DNA of 59,637 bases from Thraustochytrium aureum (taxonomy: Eukaryota). Location: contig BLSG01000116.1 in assembly GCA_012862495.1 (NCBI GenBank), positions 2,508 through 62,144 of the forward strand, written 5' to 3'. A model generated the notes under the pieces. That model saw nothing but the letters and a program-made list of their open reading frames with translations, was not told where the DNA came from and searched no databases. A program made the position numbers and the translations under genes. Below are positions 44,509 through 56,537 of the stretch, one piece after another (the stretch's first letter is position 1; every line of letters starts with the position of its first letter).

Positions 44509-46573
44509 CTAAGAGCTCGGCTCCACGAGCTCGACCTGCACGCGATGGTACGCGTTGTTCATGATACCCCGCAGGTTCCACACAGAGTCGAGACGCTCCG
44601 GCTGCTGGTTGCACGAGGCGTCGACGGCGCGGCAAACAAGCTCAATCTTGGCCCCTGGCACGCAGAGATGCTCCGGGATCTTGACGTCTGCCTCCCAAAA
44701 GGTCCAGGCCCAAGCGCGGTTGTACTTTTGTTCGGCACCCTCCTTGAGCTCGGCAGGGAACCAGGTCTTGCCACCGTCTGCGGACACGTCGACCCGAATG
44801 ATGTTGCGGCCGCCCCCGCTCCAGGCCCAGCCCCGCATCGTGACTTCGCCCTCCTCATAGTCGATCTTGGCGCCCGGGCGCGGAAGGCAGATGGAGCTGT
44901 TGACCGGAAGCTCTTGCACCGAGTGCAACGTTTCCGAGTCGACGTTCTGAAAGCTGCGAATGTAGCTCGGCGCGCTCTTGTAGGCGACGCCGCGCTGCCN
45001 NNNNNNNNNNNNNNNNNNNNNNNNNNNNNNNNNNNNNNNNNNNNNNNNNNNNNNNNNNNNNNNNNNNNNNNNNNNNNNNNNNNNNNNNNNNNNNNNNNNN
45101 NNNNNNNNNNNNNNNNNNNNNNNNNNNNNNNNNNNNNNNNNNNNNNNNNNNNNNNNNNNNNNNNNNNNNNNNNNNNNNNNNNNNNNNNNNNNNNNNNNNN
45201 NNNNNNNNNNNNNNNNNNNNNNNNNNNNNNNNNNNNNNNNNNNNNNNNNNNNNNNNNNNNNNNNNNNNNNNNNNNNNNNNNNNNNNNNNNNNNNNNNNNN
45301 NNNNNNNNNNNNNNNNNNNNNNNNNNNNNNNNNNNNNNNNNNNNNNNNNNNNNNNNNNNNNNNNNCTTGCTGGCAGTGATGCGGTGGCACCACTTGACGC
45401 TGCGCGCCGCGAGGTGCCGGGAACAATGATCCGCACGGCCCCCCCGTGTTCGCGTGGGATCGGCTTGCCGTTCATCTCATACGCGACCATGACATCGCCA
45501 AACTTGGAGAGGGCCTTGTCGATCGGGATCGAGGCGTCGTATGGCTTGTCCGTGCCTTCAAACTGGATGTGCTCCACGCCGGCGCGCTCGATCAGGGCAG
45601 ACTCGTCGCCGAGGCCGGCGAACTCGAGGACGTCGCGCAGCATCGCGCCGCCCCACACCGCCGTGCTGATGGCTCCGCAGTCCCACTCGAGACCCTGCAC
45701 GGGCGCCACGCTTTCGAGCTCGTGGCGCCTGTTCCCCGCGCATTGCAGCGTGACGGCAAACTCGTGCTTCTTGAACCTCTTTTTGAGATCGTCCATGGAG
45801 ACCTGGAGGATGTTGGCGTCTTCAAAAGCGAGCACGAGGCGGTACTCGTCGATCGAAATGTCAGGCACTGGGTGGTGGTGCCGCTTGTAGTGCATCGGCT
45901 CGGGCGTCAAGTAGTTGTCGGGGATGAGCTCGATCACTGTCTCGCTGTTGTAGGGCTTTTCGCACCGGACCGCGCCGAGCGGGGCGCGAACCGGGTCGTT
46001 CGCGTACGGGTCCTCAAAGTCGATCTGCGTGACCTCCTCGTGCGGGTAGAGCGTCCCGATGCGGTGCTTGGCCAGAATGTCGAGCACCTGTTTGGTCGTG
46101 TGCTGGTTGTACATGGCCCAAAAGTGGTCGATGGGCCCGCCCGAGGCCAGCAAGATGCGGTCCCCGCCGGGGTGCGCGTCTACAAACTCGGTGATGTTGT
46201 ACACCCCGTTTTTGTACGTGACCCAGATCTCGTCCTCCTTGCGCTTGTGCTGCGCCACCTCCTTTTTGCTAAAGTACGGCAGCCCCATCGCGTCCTTGTC
46301 GCGTTCGCTGGCTTCTGCGCGGACTTCCGACCCGGTCATCGAGGCCGCCGCGCAGCTCGCCGCAACCGCCCCGGCAGCCATGTACCAGCGGACCGATCGC
46401 CGCCACCGCTGCTCCTCGCCGTGCCCTGCGTTCGTAACCGTCGAGGCGGCCGCGGCCCACTTGACCGCGCGGCTCCGCACCGCCTGTCTCCTCACCGCCA
46501 TCCCTGCCACCGCCCCTCCGCAGGCCCCGCGCGCGACCGCCGCCTGCAGCCTGATCGCCTGCAAGCCCATCAT
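44509..46573 (-). CDS. SUOX: Sulfite oxidase, animal-type (presequence + cytochrome b5 + Moco + dimerisation domain); frameshift at about 45415, N gap 45000-45364
   Basis: EVAQH...IWVTYKNGVYNITEFVDAHPGG, LQCAGNRR, GAISTAVWGG, AYEMNGKPIPREHG, ARSVKW, QELPVNS, GWAWSGGGRNIIRVDVS, WNLRG. Confidence 0.95.
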
Positions 46574-47810
46574 CTCTCCCAGCGGCGCGTCCAACCGCAC
46601 TCGCCCTCGCGTGGACCTGCCCAGCGGCGATCCCGCGCTACCGGCGGCCTTCCTGGCGTCCCGCAGCTCGCGCCCTCCGTGAGCTCCTCCCGAGGACTCC
46701 TTCGCGAGCTCCTTCGCGAGCTCCTGTAGCGCCACAGGCTCTGCTGCTGGTCGCTCGCCCGCGTCCCGTTCGGTGTCTGCCTGCCTGGACGCCTGCCTGC
46801 CTGCCTGCCTGGACGCGCTCGCTCGCTCTCAAGCAACGCGAGTTCACCTCGGGATTTTTCAGTTTTTTTGTTCGGTTTTGTCCATGGCATTCACACATGT
46901 TTTCAGCACCGGGATTCGCCGGCAGCCGCGCTNNNNNNNNNNNNNNNNNNNNNNNNNNNNNNNNNNNNNNNNNNNNNNNNNNNNNCGGCGCCTGAAACCA
47001 AGCAAGAAGTACTTCGTGTGGCGTGGCACTCCACGCTTTCTGGGTTGCCGAGCTACCTACCTGCTGCGCGCTCTGGGGGCGGGCAGAGGACTGGCGGCTC
47101 GACGCACCCGTTCGCACGGCGCGCTTGCGAGCTGGCTCGCCTGAGGCAGCCCCGCTGGGTGCTGTGCGCAGGTTGTACGTAAGAGTATCGTCCTCCGGCG
47201 GATTTGGAGGAACCCGGGCACACCGCGTGTCGGAGAGGGGTGTGCGTGGGTTTCGGCGAGTTCGCCGGCTGTCCGACGGGCGTCGGTTCTTGCAGGTGGC
47301 GAGTTTTGGGCAGCGAGCGCATGGGCGCGGCGAGGCTTGTGGACTGGATCGCGTCGAGCGCGTCCTGGCCGGTTGGCTTTCTTTCCAACCGGAGAAAAAG
47401 CTGGCCGGTAGGTAGGTAGGTACTCTACACGCTCCTCTCGAGCGCGGCGTTTGCCTTCTTTGCTTCGGCCGGAAAGGGTTCGCGATGGTCGAAACGAGGC
47501 CTGCCGGACACATTGCGACTTGCTCGCTCTATTCAGCAGGTGGATGTTTTACGCAGCGTCATGTCGGGTCCTTGGGCATGAGGGCCGGTCCAGAGGTCCC
47601 CGAAGATGAATTTCGCCCGGGCTGTCCCGAGCGCCGCGATGTGCCCCGGTCGAGTCAGTCTCCCCCCCGCTCGCTCCGCAGCCTGTTTCCTGTGTCCATC
47701 CAAGAGAGGCCGCCCGCCGCCCGAGCAAACCTTGTTCGACACGGCGCACAGTTTTGAACGCAGGTTCCAAAGCACTCCGCGCCGCGCACTGCCGACCCGA
47801 GAGCGCAGGC

Positions 47811-50343
47811 ATGGCTCCGGGCGCATCAGCATGGGCGGTCGCAGCCGTCGCGGCTACGCTGCTACGGAACACCGCATGCATCCCAGCATACCCGCTGCCG
47901 GTCCCCCTGCGCGCGAGCGACGGATCCACAGTCCGCGTAAAGACACACGGCGGACCCTTTTTCCACTGGCAGGAGGCGAATGGGTTTGTCGTCGCGAGCG
48001 ACGCGGACTCGGGCGATCTCGTCTACGCCGCGGGATTTGACGAGCACGGGAGCGCCGTGCCTGGCCAGGAACGCGTCGTCGGCCTCGAGCCTCCAAGCCT
48101 CGGCCGAGGCTTGCGCCAGCCTCCGCGTGAGACGATCGAGCGCGTCCGGCAAGCACACATCCAACTGGAGGCTGCGAGCGCAAGCCGGCGCAGGGACTCA
48201 CGGCTCCTCGGGGGCCTCGACGCTGCCCAATCCCTCTCTGTGAAGAACCTCGTGCTTCTTATCAGGTTCAGCGACCACGCCTCCAAGGCGTTGCCGCAAC
48301 CAGAGCACTACGAAACGCTGTTCAACCAGCAGGGTGGCGACCCAGAGGTCGCCCCCACCGGCAGCGTTCGCGACTACTTTGACACTGCCCTGAACGGCCA
48401 AGTTGCCGTCGAGTCGCGCGTCGTCGGGTGGATCGACGTCTCCGTCTCCCAAACCGCCGCTGCTGGGCCCGGCGACTGCCTCGGCACTTGCGCAGGCGGC
48501 GAGCTCCGCGCCGCGATTGCCGAGGCCCTCGACTTTGCAGACTTTGAGATCGACCTGGGCGAGCTCGACGGCGACGGCGACGGGGCTCTGGACATGCTCA
48601 CTGTGATCCACTCCGGTTTTGGGGCTGAGTGGGGCGGTTCTTCGCGGGGGATTTGGTCGCACAAGTGGGTCCTCTCGTCGCCCTGGAACGCCATGTACAG
48701 CTCCACGCAAGTTTCAGCCTTGCACTACAACGCCAACCCAGGGCTGTGGGGGCCGAGCGGGCAAGCTGCGCCGGTCCCCATCCAAGCTGGCATCACGCGC
48801 ATCGGGGTGCTCGTCCACGAGATGCTGCACTACTTTGGGCTGCCAGACCTCTACGATCCTGATGGCGATGGTCTCGGCGCCGGCAACTACGACGTCATGT
48901 CCAACTCGTGGGGCGCGGACTTCTCACAGCGCTACCCAGGCTCTCTGTCGGCGTGGTCAAGGCTTCAGCTCGGGATCGGTCCGCGCCCGCTCATTGTTGC
49001 CAGCCCTGGACTCTTCGAGCTCAGCACCGCGCAGAACACCTCGCGCGGGCCGAACGCGATTAGAATCGAGTCCGGGTACGCGCCCGGCGAGTACTTGCTG
49101 ATAGAGTATCGCCCGAAAGCTGGTTTCGACGCCCTTCTGCCCGGCGGCGTGCTCATTTGGCACATTGACGACAATACCAAGGACAACACGATGAATGGCC
49201 ACCCGTTCGAGCTTTCGACGTGGACCTGGCCACACGAGCACTACCGCGTTCGACTCTTGCAGCGCGACGGGTACTTTGACCTCGAGCAGCACTACAGCTA
49301 TGGCGACAGCGGCGATTGGTGGCGCACAAACGATGTCGTCAACGACGACACCTCGCCCAGCCTGAACGCGTACGCGAGAATCGCGAACGGGTCTTGCACT
49401 GGCAACCAGATCCAAGTGGAGTCGATACCTGACGCTCACCGGGCATTCGTCCGCTATTCGGTCCGCACGTGCGACGCGAGCCCCCCCACGCCGGCTTCGT
49501 CGCATGCGCCTACAACGTCGCCTTCAGTAGAACAAGTCACCCCAGGCATGACCGAGTCTCCGACGAGCCGGGCCGCTTTTGAGCCGACAGGGCAGCCGTC
49601 CGTGGCTCCAACGAGCCGAGCCACTTTTGAGCTGACAGCGCAACCCTCCGCGGCGCTTTCGTCGTCGCGGCCCTCCGCTTCGCCAACGGTGCGCGCAGAG
49701 CGGGCCTGCGATGACCTGCCGGACCCACTTGGCGTCGAGTTTGACGACGGCACCGCCTTCGCATGCGCGCGAGCTGGCCAAAAGGAGTGCTCCAGGTACT
49801 TGTTCGTGCGGTTGCACTGCCAGCATACGTGCGCCAGGTGCAGGCGCTCGGACGAATGCTCTGACGTGGTGCCGTCTGGGCTGCGCCTTGACAACGGAAC
49901 GGAACTCGAGTGCAGCAATGTGCAGGTCTTGTGCAAGTCGGTCGATGCTGTTCGAAACGCCTGTCCTGGGACTTGCGACACATGCACAAACGTTTCGCTG
50001 CGGCGCGTGGCTCGCGTAGTGCGAAACGCGACAGATATGGTCATCCCCCTTTCGCTCTATCTGTCCCCGAACGGAGCAGGGCCAGCTCAAGGAGAGGGCC
50101 AATATGCCGATCCCAGCGAAAGGCTTCCGAGCGTCTTGGTTGTGACGATTGCGAGCTTGGTCATCCTTGCACTGGTCGTTCTTGGGTGCGGGCTGACAGC
50201 GTACCTGATCCGCAAACGCAACCGCGATTCAGCCCTGGCTTTGAAGGGCGGGAGGCCAAACGAGTCCCGCCAAGGGCTTTCTGGCGCAGCCTCTGGCGGC
50301 CTGGAGAACCTGGACGACGAGTTTGGCCTCGGCGCGACATGCG
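47811..50343 (+). CDS. M6 (immune inhibitor A-like) metalloprotease: signal peptide, prodomain, PT-rich linker, 2 ShK-like repeats, TM; stop probably in the N gap
   Basis: LVLLIRFSDH, GSVRDYF, LDGDGDGALD...IHSGFGAE, IWSHKW, IGVLVHEMLHYFGLPDLYD, YDVMSNSWG, SAWSR.QLG, EYLLIEYR, GGVLIWHID. C...CxxTCxxC twice; TM VLVVTIASLVILALVVLGCGLTAYLI followed by RKR. Confidence 0.9.
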
Positions 50344-50900
50344 NNNNNNNNNNNNNNNNNNNNNNNNNNNNNNNNNNNNNNNNNNNNNNNNNNNNNNNNN
50401 NNNNNNNNNNNNNNNNNNNNNNNNNNNNNNNNNNNNNNNNNNNNNNNNNNNNNNNNNNNNNNNNNNNNNNNNNNNNNNNNNNNNNNNNNNNNNNNNNNNN
50501 NNNNNNNNNNNNNNNNNNNNNNNNNNNNNNNNNNNNNNNNNNNNNNNNNNNNNNNNNNNNNNNNNNNNNNNNNNNNNNNNNNNNNNNNNNNNNNNNNNNN
50601 NNNNNNNNNNNNNNNNNNNNAGCCAGCCTGGCAGGGTTGTTGCTCAGGTGCGAGCCGTCATCGCCCAGCTGGCCAACAGGTGCAAAGTGCTTGCACAACA
50701 AGGCAAGGACGAACAGCGCAACGAGCTTAGGGGCTTTGCGAAAACAATCTGCAGTACTTCAACGCCCGCGTCAAACTACAGGTAGACAAGGCAAATGCCA
50801 CAGCGCCTTGCCACCCCCTTGCAGCGTGAAGAAGAGCTGGCCGAGGATGCAAAGCGCCACTGGGCCCTTGCAGTTGCGACATGTGCAATACGGGCCTGGG

Positions 50901-52057
50901 TCACTGCATCACGTTCAATGATGCGTCGGGTAAGCCCGGCGAGGAGTCGGGGTATCGCCGCTCGTACTCGCGCCGAAGCGAATGGTACTGGTCGAACCGG
51001 GCGGTGGCGTACTCCAGGTAACCGAACTCGATAGAAGAATGCTCTGCCTGCACAATCCCCCAGAGCGCCCACTGCATGTGCGAGGCAAGCGCACCGAGCT
51101 CGGCCCACTTGCACATGAGGTCGATCCTGGCCGCTTGGTCCATCGTCTCCGCAGTCGCGGAAGGAAACAGGCGAGAAGGCTCACGAACGTGCTTCAGATA
51201 CTCGCTGAAAAATGCCCGCTGCTGCTCCTCGCTTGGGTACATGTCAGGGTCAAGCACAAACCCCGGGAAGCGCGTGGCAAAGTTGTGGAGCGACATTTCG
51301 CAAAACAGGTTGCCAAAATCGAAGGCGCAAAAGTCCATGCCGCTGTACTCAAAGTCGATCAGGTAAACCTTCCTGTCCTCGCCCGTTGCATTGTCTGCGG
51401 GGTCTTGCACCATGACGTTCCCTGACTGCAAGTCGCGGTGGCAGAGAACCTTGCCCATGCCCGAGCTCAGCAACTGCTTCTCGAGCCAGTCCACCTCGTG
51501 CGCGAGCGAGCCGACCTGCAGCGCGGCGAGCTTGAGGGCCTTCTTGGCGTCGAGGTCGAACTTTGCGCGGCACGCGCCGTTCCACAAGCGACGCAGCATC
51601 TTCGGGGTCGCCATCTGCGACTTGACCAGCACGGCGTTCGCCGAATCGTCAAGGTCAACGCTGTGCATAAGCGCCATCAAGCGCGCCACCTCGCACAGGA
51701 TGTCGGGCTTGTGGAGGTCCTTGTTGAAGATCGAGCGCGCGTTGTCGATAAACTCTTCGGCGCGGCCGCCGGGGAAGAGCCCGTACACGCGCGGGGCGAT
51801 GCCGGTCCCGGACATGGCCGAGCACACGACCTGTTCGGCTTCGCGGTCGATAAACTCGTCCGTGCCTTGCCCAAAAATCCTCACAAGCGCCTTGGAAGAC
51901 TGCCCGGGGCATCGCCCTGCAGGTACACCAGGTTGAGCTTGTTCGTCAGGCCGCCGGTGATCGTCTCGCTTTTGAACAGCTCCACTTCGAGCTGGCCCCA
52001 CCCAGGCACGGCTTGGCGGGCTCCCAGAATCGCTTTCTCCGCCATCTTGCGTAGCAT
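50901..52057 (-). CDS. Choline/ethanolamine kinase (frameshift at about 51900)
   Basis: ITGGLTNKL, LVRIFGQGT..FIDREAE, Brenner motif CHRDLQSGNVM, LIDFEYS, FDFGNLFCE, SHMQWALWGIVQA, FGYLEYA..RF. Confidence 0.93.
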
Positions 52058-52783
52058 TCGCGTCTCGCGCGTCTCGAGCTCGCGTTCTCTTACTCGCGGC
52101 CTCGCGCTGGCTGGCCCTCCTCTGCGCTGCGGCTTCGTTGCGGCTCTGCCGAGCGCCGCGAAACCACGATGTGCGCGCGCGCGTTCTGCACTCCACGCAC
52201 GCGCAACCACCCTTCGGGGCAATTATTGTCCCACTTGCAAACCCTACGAAAAATATACATTTGCAACAGTGGGGTTGCGCAGATCACACAGTGAGAAGTG
52301 TACAGTAAACTGCCCGAGCGCGCATGTAATCGCCTAAACCCGGTGGAGGCTGAATTCGATAATCATTGGGTAATAATGGCGATGAAGTGCGAATGGGCGC
52401 ACCGGGGGGCACGCGGTGATCTGGCCGGCAGGTTCGATCGATCGCCAGCATGCCGCGCGTCGCGGTTGTTGCTCTGCCATGCCGCGCCCAGCCGGCCGGA
52501 CTCAACGTGCAGATGACAACGTGCAGACAGCTGACCACTTGCACTCAAAGTACTAGTAGATGACAACGCAGGACCACCAGGAGACCTGGTCATGATGAGC
52601 TAGCTCCTCGATGGACGTGCAGACGACAACCCGATCAGTCAGACTGGTCATCAGTCCGACTGCATGATGTCGACAAGATCGTTGTGGACTCGGCGCTGCT
52701 CGCAGCAGAGAAGCATTGCGAGAAGGGGCGACGGCTTTGGTGCGTGGACGACGTCGAGCGAGGCAAGCGAAGGGGCGAGCAGG

Positions 52784-53976
52784 ATGGGCCCGGCTGAGGC
52801 TGATGGCACGCTTGCCACCACGAGGCGCGTCGCGACACTTCATGCGCACCTCACTTCGGCTGTGCTGGAAGACCCGAACAAAGGCGTGGTCGGGCTCGGC
52901 GCGCAGGAGCTGTTCTCCGTGAATGGAAAGGTTGCGCTCGTGACGGGAGGGTCCAAGGGGATTGGCAAGATGATTGCGTCCGGGTTTGTGCGGAACGGGG
53001 CCAAGGTTTACATTTGCGCACGAAAGGCCAAGTTGTGCGACGACACCGCCGCCGAGCTGAACGACATGGCGCGCGCGACTGGGAGCGGCGGCTCGGCCGT
53101 GTCGCTTCCCGGCGATCTCTCTTCAATCGAAGGCGTTGTCGCCGTCGCCGATAAGCTCAAGAGCCTCGAGCCAGCGCTCCACATCCTCGTCAACAACGCG
53201 GGCGCAACCTGGGGCGCACCGCTCGAGGAGTACCCCGACGAGGCGTGGGAAAAGGTGATGAACCTCAACGTGCGCCACCTCTTCAACCTTACGCAAAAGT
53301 GCCTCCCTCTTCTCAAGGCCGGGGCGCAGCTCGGCGACCCAGCGCGCGTCGTGGTAAGTCTTTTATGGCCACCAGAGTGGCCAGGCCAGGCCGTGATCTT
53401 CCGACGAAGGTTTTTTTTCTTGATTTCTTGATTTTGAAAGAACCAAACAATTGCCATCCGGCTTGTACTGGGCGAGGGTATGCGTGGAGCGGTATCTGAC
53501 AGACGTGTCCGAGGATGCAGAACATCGCAAGCATTGACGGCATTCGCGCCACCCAAACGGCTGGGCCGGTCGCTGCCTTCGCCTACACGACCTCGAAGGG
53601 AGCTGTTGTGCACCTTTCGCGCTCGTTGTGCCGTGCCCTGGCCCCGTTTCAGATCACCGTCAACTGTGTCTGTCCCGGGGTGTTTCCCTCGTAAGTTTTG
53701 TTTTTGTGCACGGCCGTGGCTGTTGCGTTGGTTTCCTGTCCGCGGCGCTGCTGACGACTATGCGGCCGTAATAGCAACATGACCAAGTTTATGCTGTCTT
53801 CCGAGGAAGGCCAAAAGATGATGGGCTCGGCGAACCCACTCAAACGCGTCGGCCGCACAGCTGACATGGCGGGAACTCTCCTGTACCTGTGCTCTGCGGC
53901 GGGCGCTTGGACCAACGGCGCCATTATTGCTCTTGACGGGGGCCAGTACTTGCAGAGCGACCTGGGCTTCAAGTAG
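52784..53976 (+). CDS. Classical SDR oxidoreductase (RhlG/FabG-like) with an N-terminal PTS2; exons 52784-53353, 53521-53690, 53775-53976
   Basis: VTGGSKGIG, LVNNAG, spliced VVNIASIDG, YTTSK, VNCVCPGVFPSNMT, PLKRVG, WTNGAIIALDGG. Confidence 0.92.
53354..53520 (+). other. Intron 1 of the SDR gene
   Basis: GTG|GTAAGT...TCTGAC...TGCAG|AAC. Confidence 0.9.
53691..53774 (+). other. Intron 2 of the SDR gene
   Basis: TC|GTAAGT...GCTGAC...AATAG|C. Splicing gives FPSNMTK. Confidence 0.88.
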
Positions 53977-55418
53977 CTTGTCGCGCGCACGGCCACCCGG
54001 ACTGCGCGCGAAGCCGTTCGTTGCCCAGCGCACTCGTCAGCCATCACGCAGTCCCAACAGCTCAGTAAATCAATCGAATTTCACCGGAGGGTCGATTCGA
54101 AACNNNNNNNNNNNNNNNNNNNNNNNNNNNNNNNNNNNNNNNNNNNNNNNNNNNNNNNNNNNNNNNNNNNNNNNNNNNNNNNNNNNNNNNNNNNNNNNNN
54201 NNNNNNNNNNNNNNNNNNNNNNNNNNNNNNNNNNNNNNNNNNNNNNNNNNNNNNNNNNNNNNNNNNNNNNNNNNNNNNNNNNNNNNNNNNNNNNNNNNNN
54301 NNNNNNNNNNNNNNNNNNNNNNNNNNNNNNNNNNNNNNNNNNNNNNNNNNNNNNNNNNNNNNNNNNNNNNNNNNNNNNNNNNNNNNNNNNNNNNNNNNNN
54401 NNNNNNNNNNNNNNNNNNNNNNNNNNNNNNNNNNNNNNNNNNNNNNNNNNNNNNNNNNNNNNNNNNNNNNNNNNNNNNNNNNNNNNNNNNNNNNNNNNNN
54501 NNNNNNNNNNNNNNNNNNNNNNNNNNNNNNNNNNNNNNNNNNNNNNNNNNNNNNNNNNNNNNNNNNNNNNNNNNNNNNNNNNNNNNNNNNNNNNNNNNNN
54601 NNNNNNNNNNNNNNNNNNNNNNNNNNNNNNNNNNNNNNNNNNNNNNNNNNNNNNNNNNNNNNNNNNNNNNNNNNNNNNNNNNNNNNNNNNNNNNNNNNNN
54701 NNNNNNNNNNNNNNNNNNNNNNNNNNNNNNNNNNNNNCTGTACTAGTTGCAAAGCTGTTGTGGCCGCGAATCGCGCAAGCCACGTGCCACGAGACGGCGA
54801 GGGAAGGGTGCTTTGTGGTGAGTGTCTCTCGTCGCAATTCGAGCGGGGTCGTCGCGGTTTTCTGCGTTCGTTGCTTTGCTTTTGCGAGGACGACGGGTCA
54901 CTGTGGGTCGACAACCTGCACCTCCAGTTTGCTGAGCTTTCGGCAAAAGAAGCAAATACACGCCCAGCCTCCACGAGCCGCTCGGCGTCGAGGCCGCGCT
55001 GGCCAGGCTTTGATTTGCTTGACTTGCCCGTGAGCGCCCGGCCGGGGCAGGGCGCAATCCTAGCCCATCACGAGTCGGGTCGGCGATCGGAAGTGCGTGA
55101 GCCGGCAAGGCGCGAGACGGCCCCGGCGTGGCCACCTTGCTCTCTCTGCTACTAGTAGAGTAGAGAGACGACGTGGCGTGGCTCGTATGGAACGGAACTG
55201 TCTTGCCAGTACGGAAGCCACAGCTCAACCAGTTCAAGAAACAAGGCGCCAACCTAAGGACTAAAGCGGCCACGGGGCCCCTTGGGTGCTCGCCAGACCA
55301 CCAGCGGCGAGGTCAGTGTCTGCAGCGGCGCTCGAAATCGGCCCGTTTTCGGTTTCGCGTGAGCGCTTGGCGGCGCCAGCAAGTCGCTCCACGAGCGTAA
55401 AGCTGAAAATCCAGATTG

Positions 55419-56366
55419 TTAGAGCTTGGAGGACGGCGCTTGACGCGCTTGCATGGCGCGAAAGGCTCGATTCGCCTGCGTGTCGTCAAAGTCGCGCATT
55501 GGGCTCGGCAAAGGGGTCTTTATCCCAAGCGAACCGTTCCACTCGAGCAAGGGCTTGAGAAAGGAAGAGTGCAGCTGGAGCCACGAGGGGACCACCACGA
55601 GCTCGCGGTTGTACTCTATGGCGTCAATCACCGCGTGCACAACCTGGTCAGTCGACAGCGTCGGGTTCCCGAGCACGTGAAAACCTTTGAACAGGCCCGT
55701 GTCAATAAGCGTCGGGCACACGCACGAGACGCCGATGCCGTCAATCCCGCGCTCGTGGAGCTCGAGGCTGAGAGCCTCGCAAAAGCCCCGCACAGCAAAC
55801 TTGGACGCCGAGTAGTCGACCATGCCTGCAGCGCCCAAGAGGCCGGCTACCGAAGCCACTGCGGCGATGTGGCCTGCGTTGCGCGCGATCATTTGCGGCA
55901 GGAAAGCCTTGACGATGTAGAGGTGCGCAATCGCGTTGACGCGCATCGTCAGCTCCATCTTGTCCTCGTCAATGTCGGTAAAGTACTTGCCTGTGATCAC
56001 TCCGGCGTTGTTGATGACGATGTCGACGGGGTCGCCCGCCGCGAGCGCCTGCGCGGCGCACGCCTTGATTTCCGCCGCGTCCGCCAGGTTGCACACCATG
56101 GTTTCCACCACGGCGCGCGGGCACTCTGCCAGCACAAGCGCCCGCGTCTCCTCAAGGCTTTCCTCTTGCACGTCCCACAGCACGAGCTTGGACCCTCGTC
56201 TAGCGAGCTCCAGGGCGAGCCCGCGTCCCACGCCGCTCGCGGCGCCCGTGACCAGGACGCGCTTCCCGTTGACTGTCTTGACGAGCGTGGGAAACAGGCC
56301 CTTGTACACCCTGTAGGCGGCCAGCAGCGCGAGCGCCATCTTGGCGCGGTCGACCGTCTTGCCCAT
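55419..56366 (-). CDS. SDR of the RDH10/17beta-HSD11 type ending in the PTS1 tripeptide SKL
   Basis: VTGAASGVG, LVLWDV, INNAGV, VASVAG, YSASK, CVCPTLIDTGLF, ...APSSKL*. Confidence 0.92.
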   Translation of the reverse strand: MGKTVDRAKMALALLAAYRVYKGLFPTLVKTVNGKRVLVTGAASGVGRGLALELARRGSKLVLWDVQEESLEETRALVLAECPRAVVETMVCNLADAAEIKACAAQALAAGDPVDIVINNAGVITGKYFTDIDEDKMELTMRVNAIAHLYIVKAFLPQMIARNAGHIAAVASVAGLLGAAGMVDYSASKFAVRGFCEALSLELHERGIDGIGVSCVCPTLIDTGLFKGFHVLGNPTLSTDQVVHAVIDAIEYNRELVVVPSWLQLHSSFLKPLLEWNGSLGIKTPLPSPMRDFDDTQANRAFRAMQARQAPSSKL

Positions 56367-56381
56367 ATCTCTAGCGCGTGG

Positions 56382-56506
56382 ATGCCGCGGCACGGCACGA
56401 GCTTATTGCGCTTGGCGGCCTTGGGGCTCGTGTTGCTTCTGGTCCTCGCGCTGGCGCTCGTCGAGCCGGGCGCAGTGCCGTGGACCGGGCCGCGGTCCAG
56501 GACCGC

Positions 56507-56537
<31 letters not shown>

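Noticed and set aside
18690..51910. Frameshifts in many genes (Myb, metacaspase, MEMO1, Ocnus, ABCG, ankyrin, SUOX, choline kinase) as programmed frameshifting, RNA editing or pseudogenes
   Set aside because: They are +1 and -1 indels, mostly in 2-7-nt homopolymers, with no shared slippery motif. They hit conserved housekeeping genes whose motifs are otherwise intact, which is typical of unpolished reads. Only read or RNA-seq comparison can formally exclude recoding.
52500..52640. Short degenerate direct repeats (AGATGACAACG, GTGCAGA) between the choline kinase and SDR genes
   Set aside because: They are too short and irregular to call a structured element or small gene.
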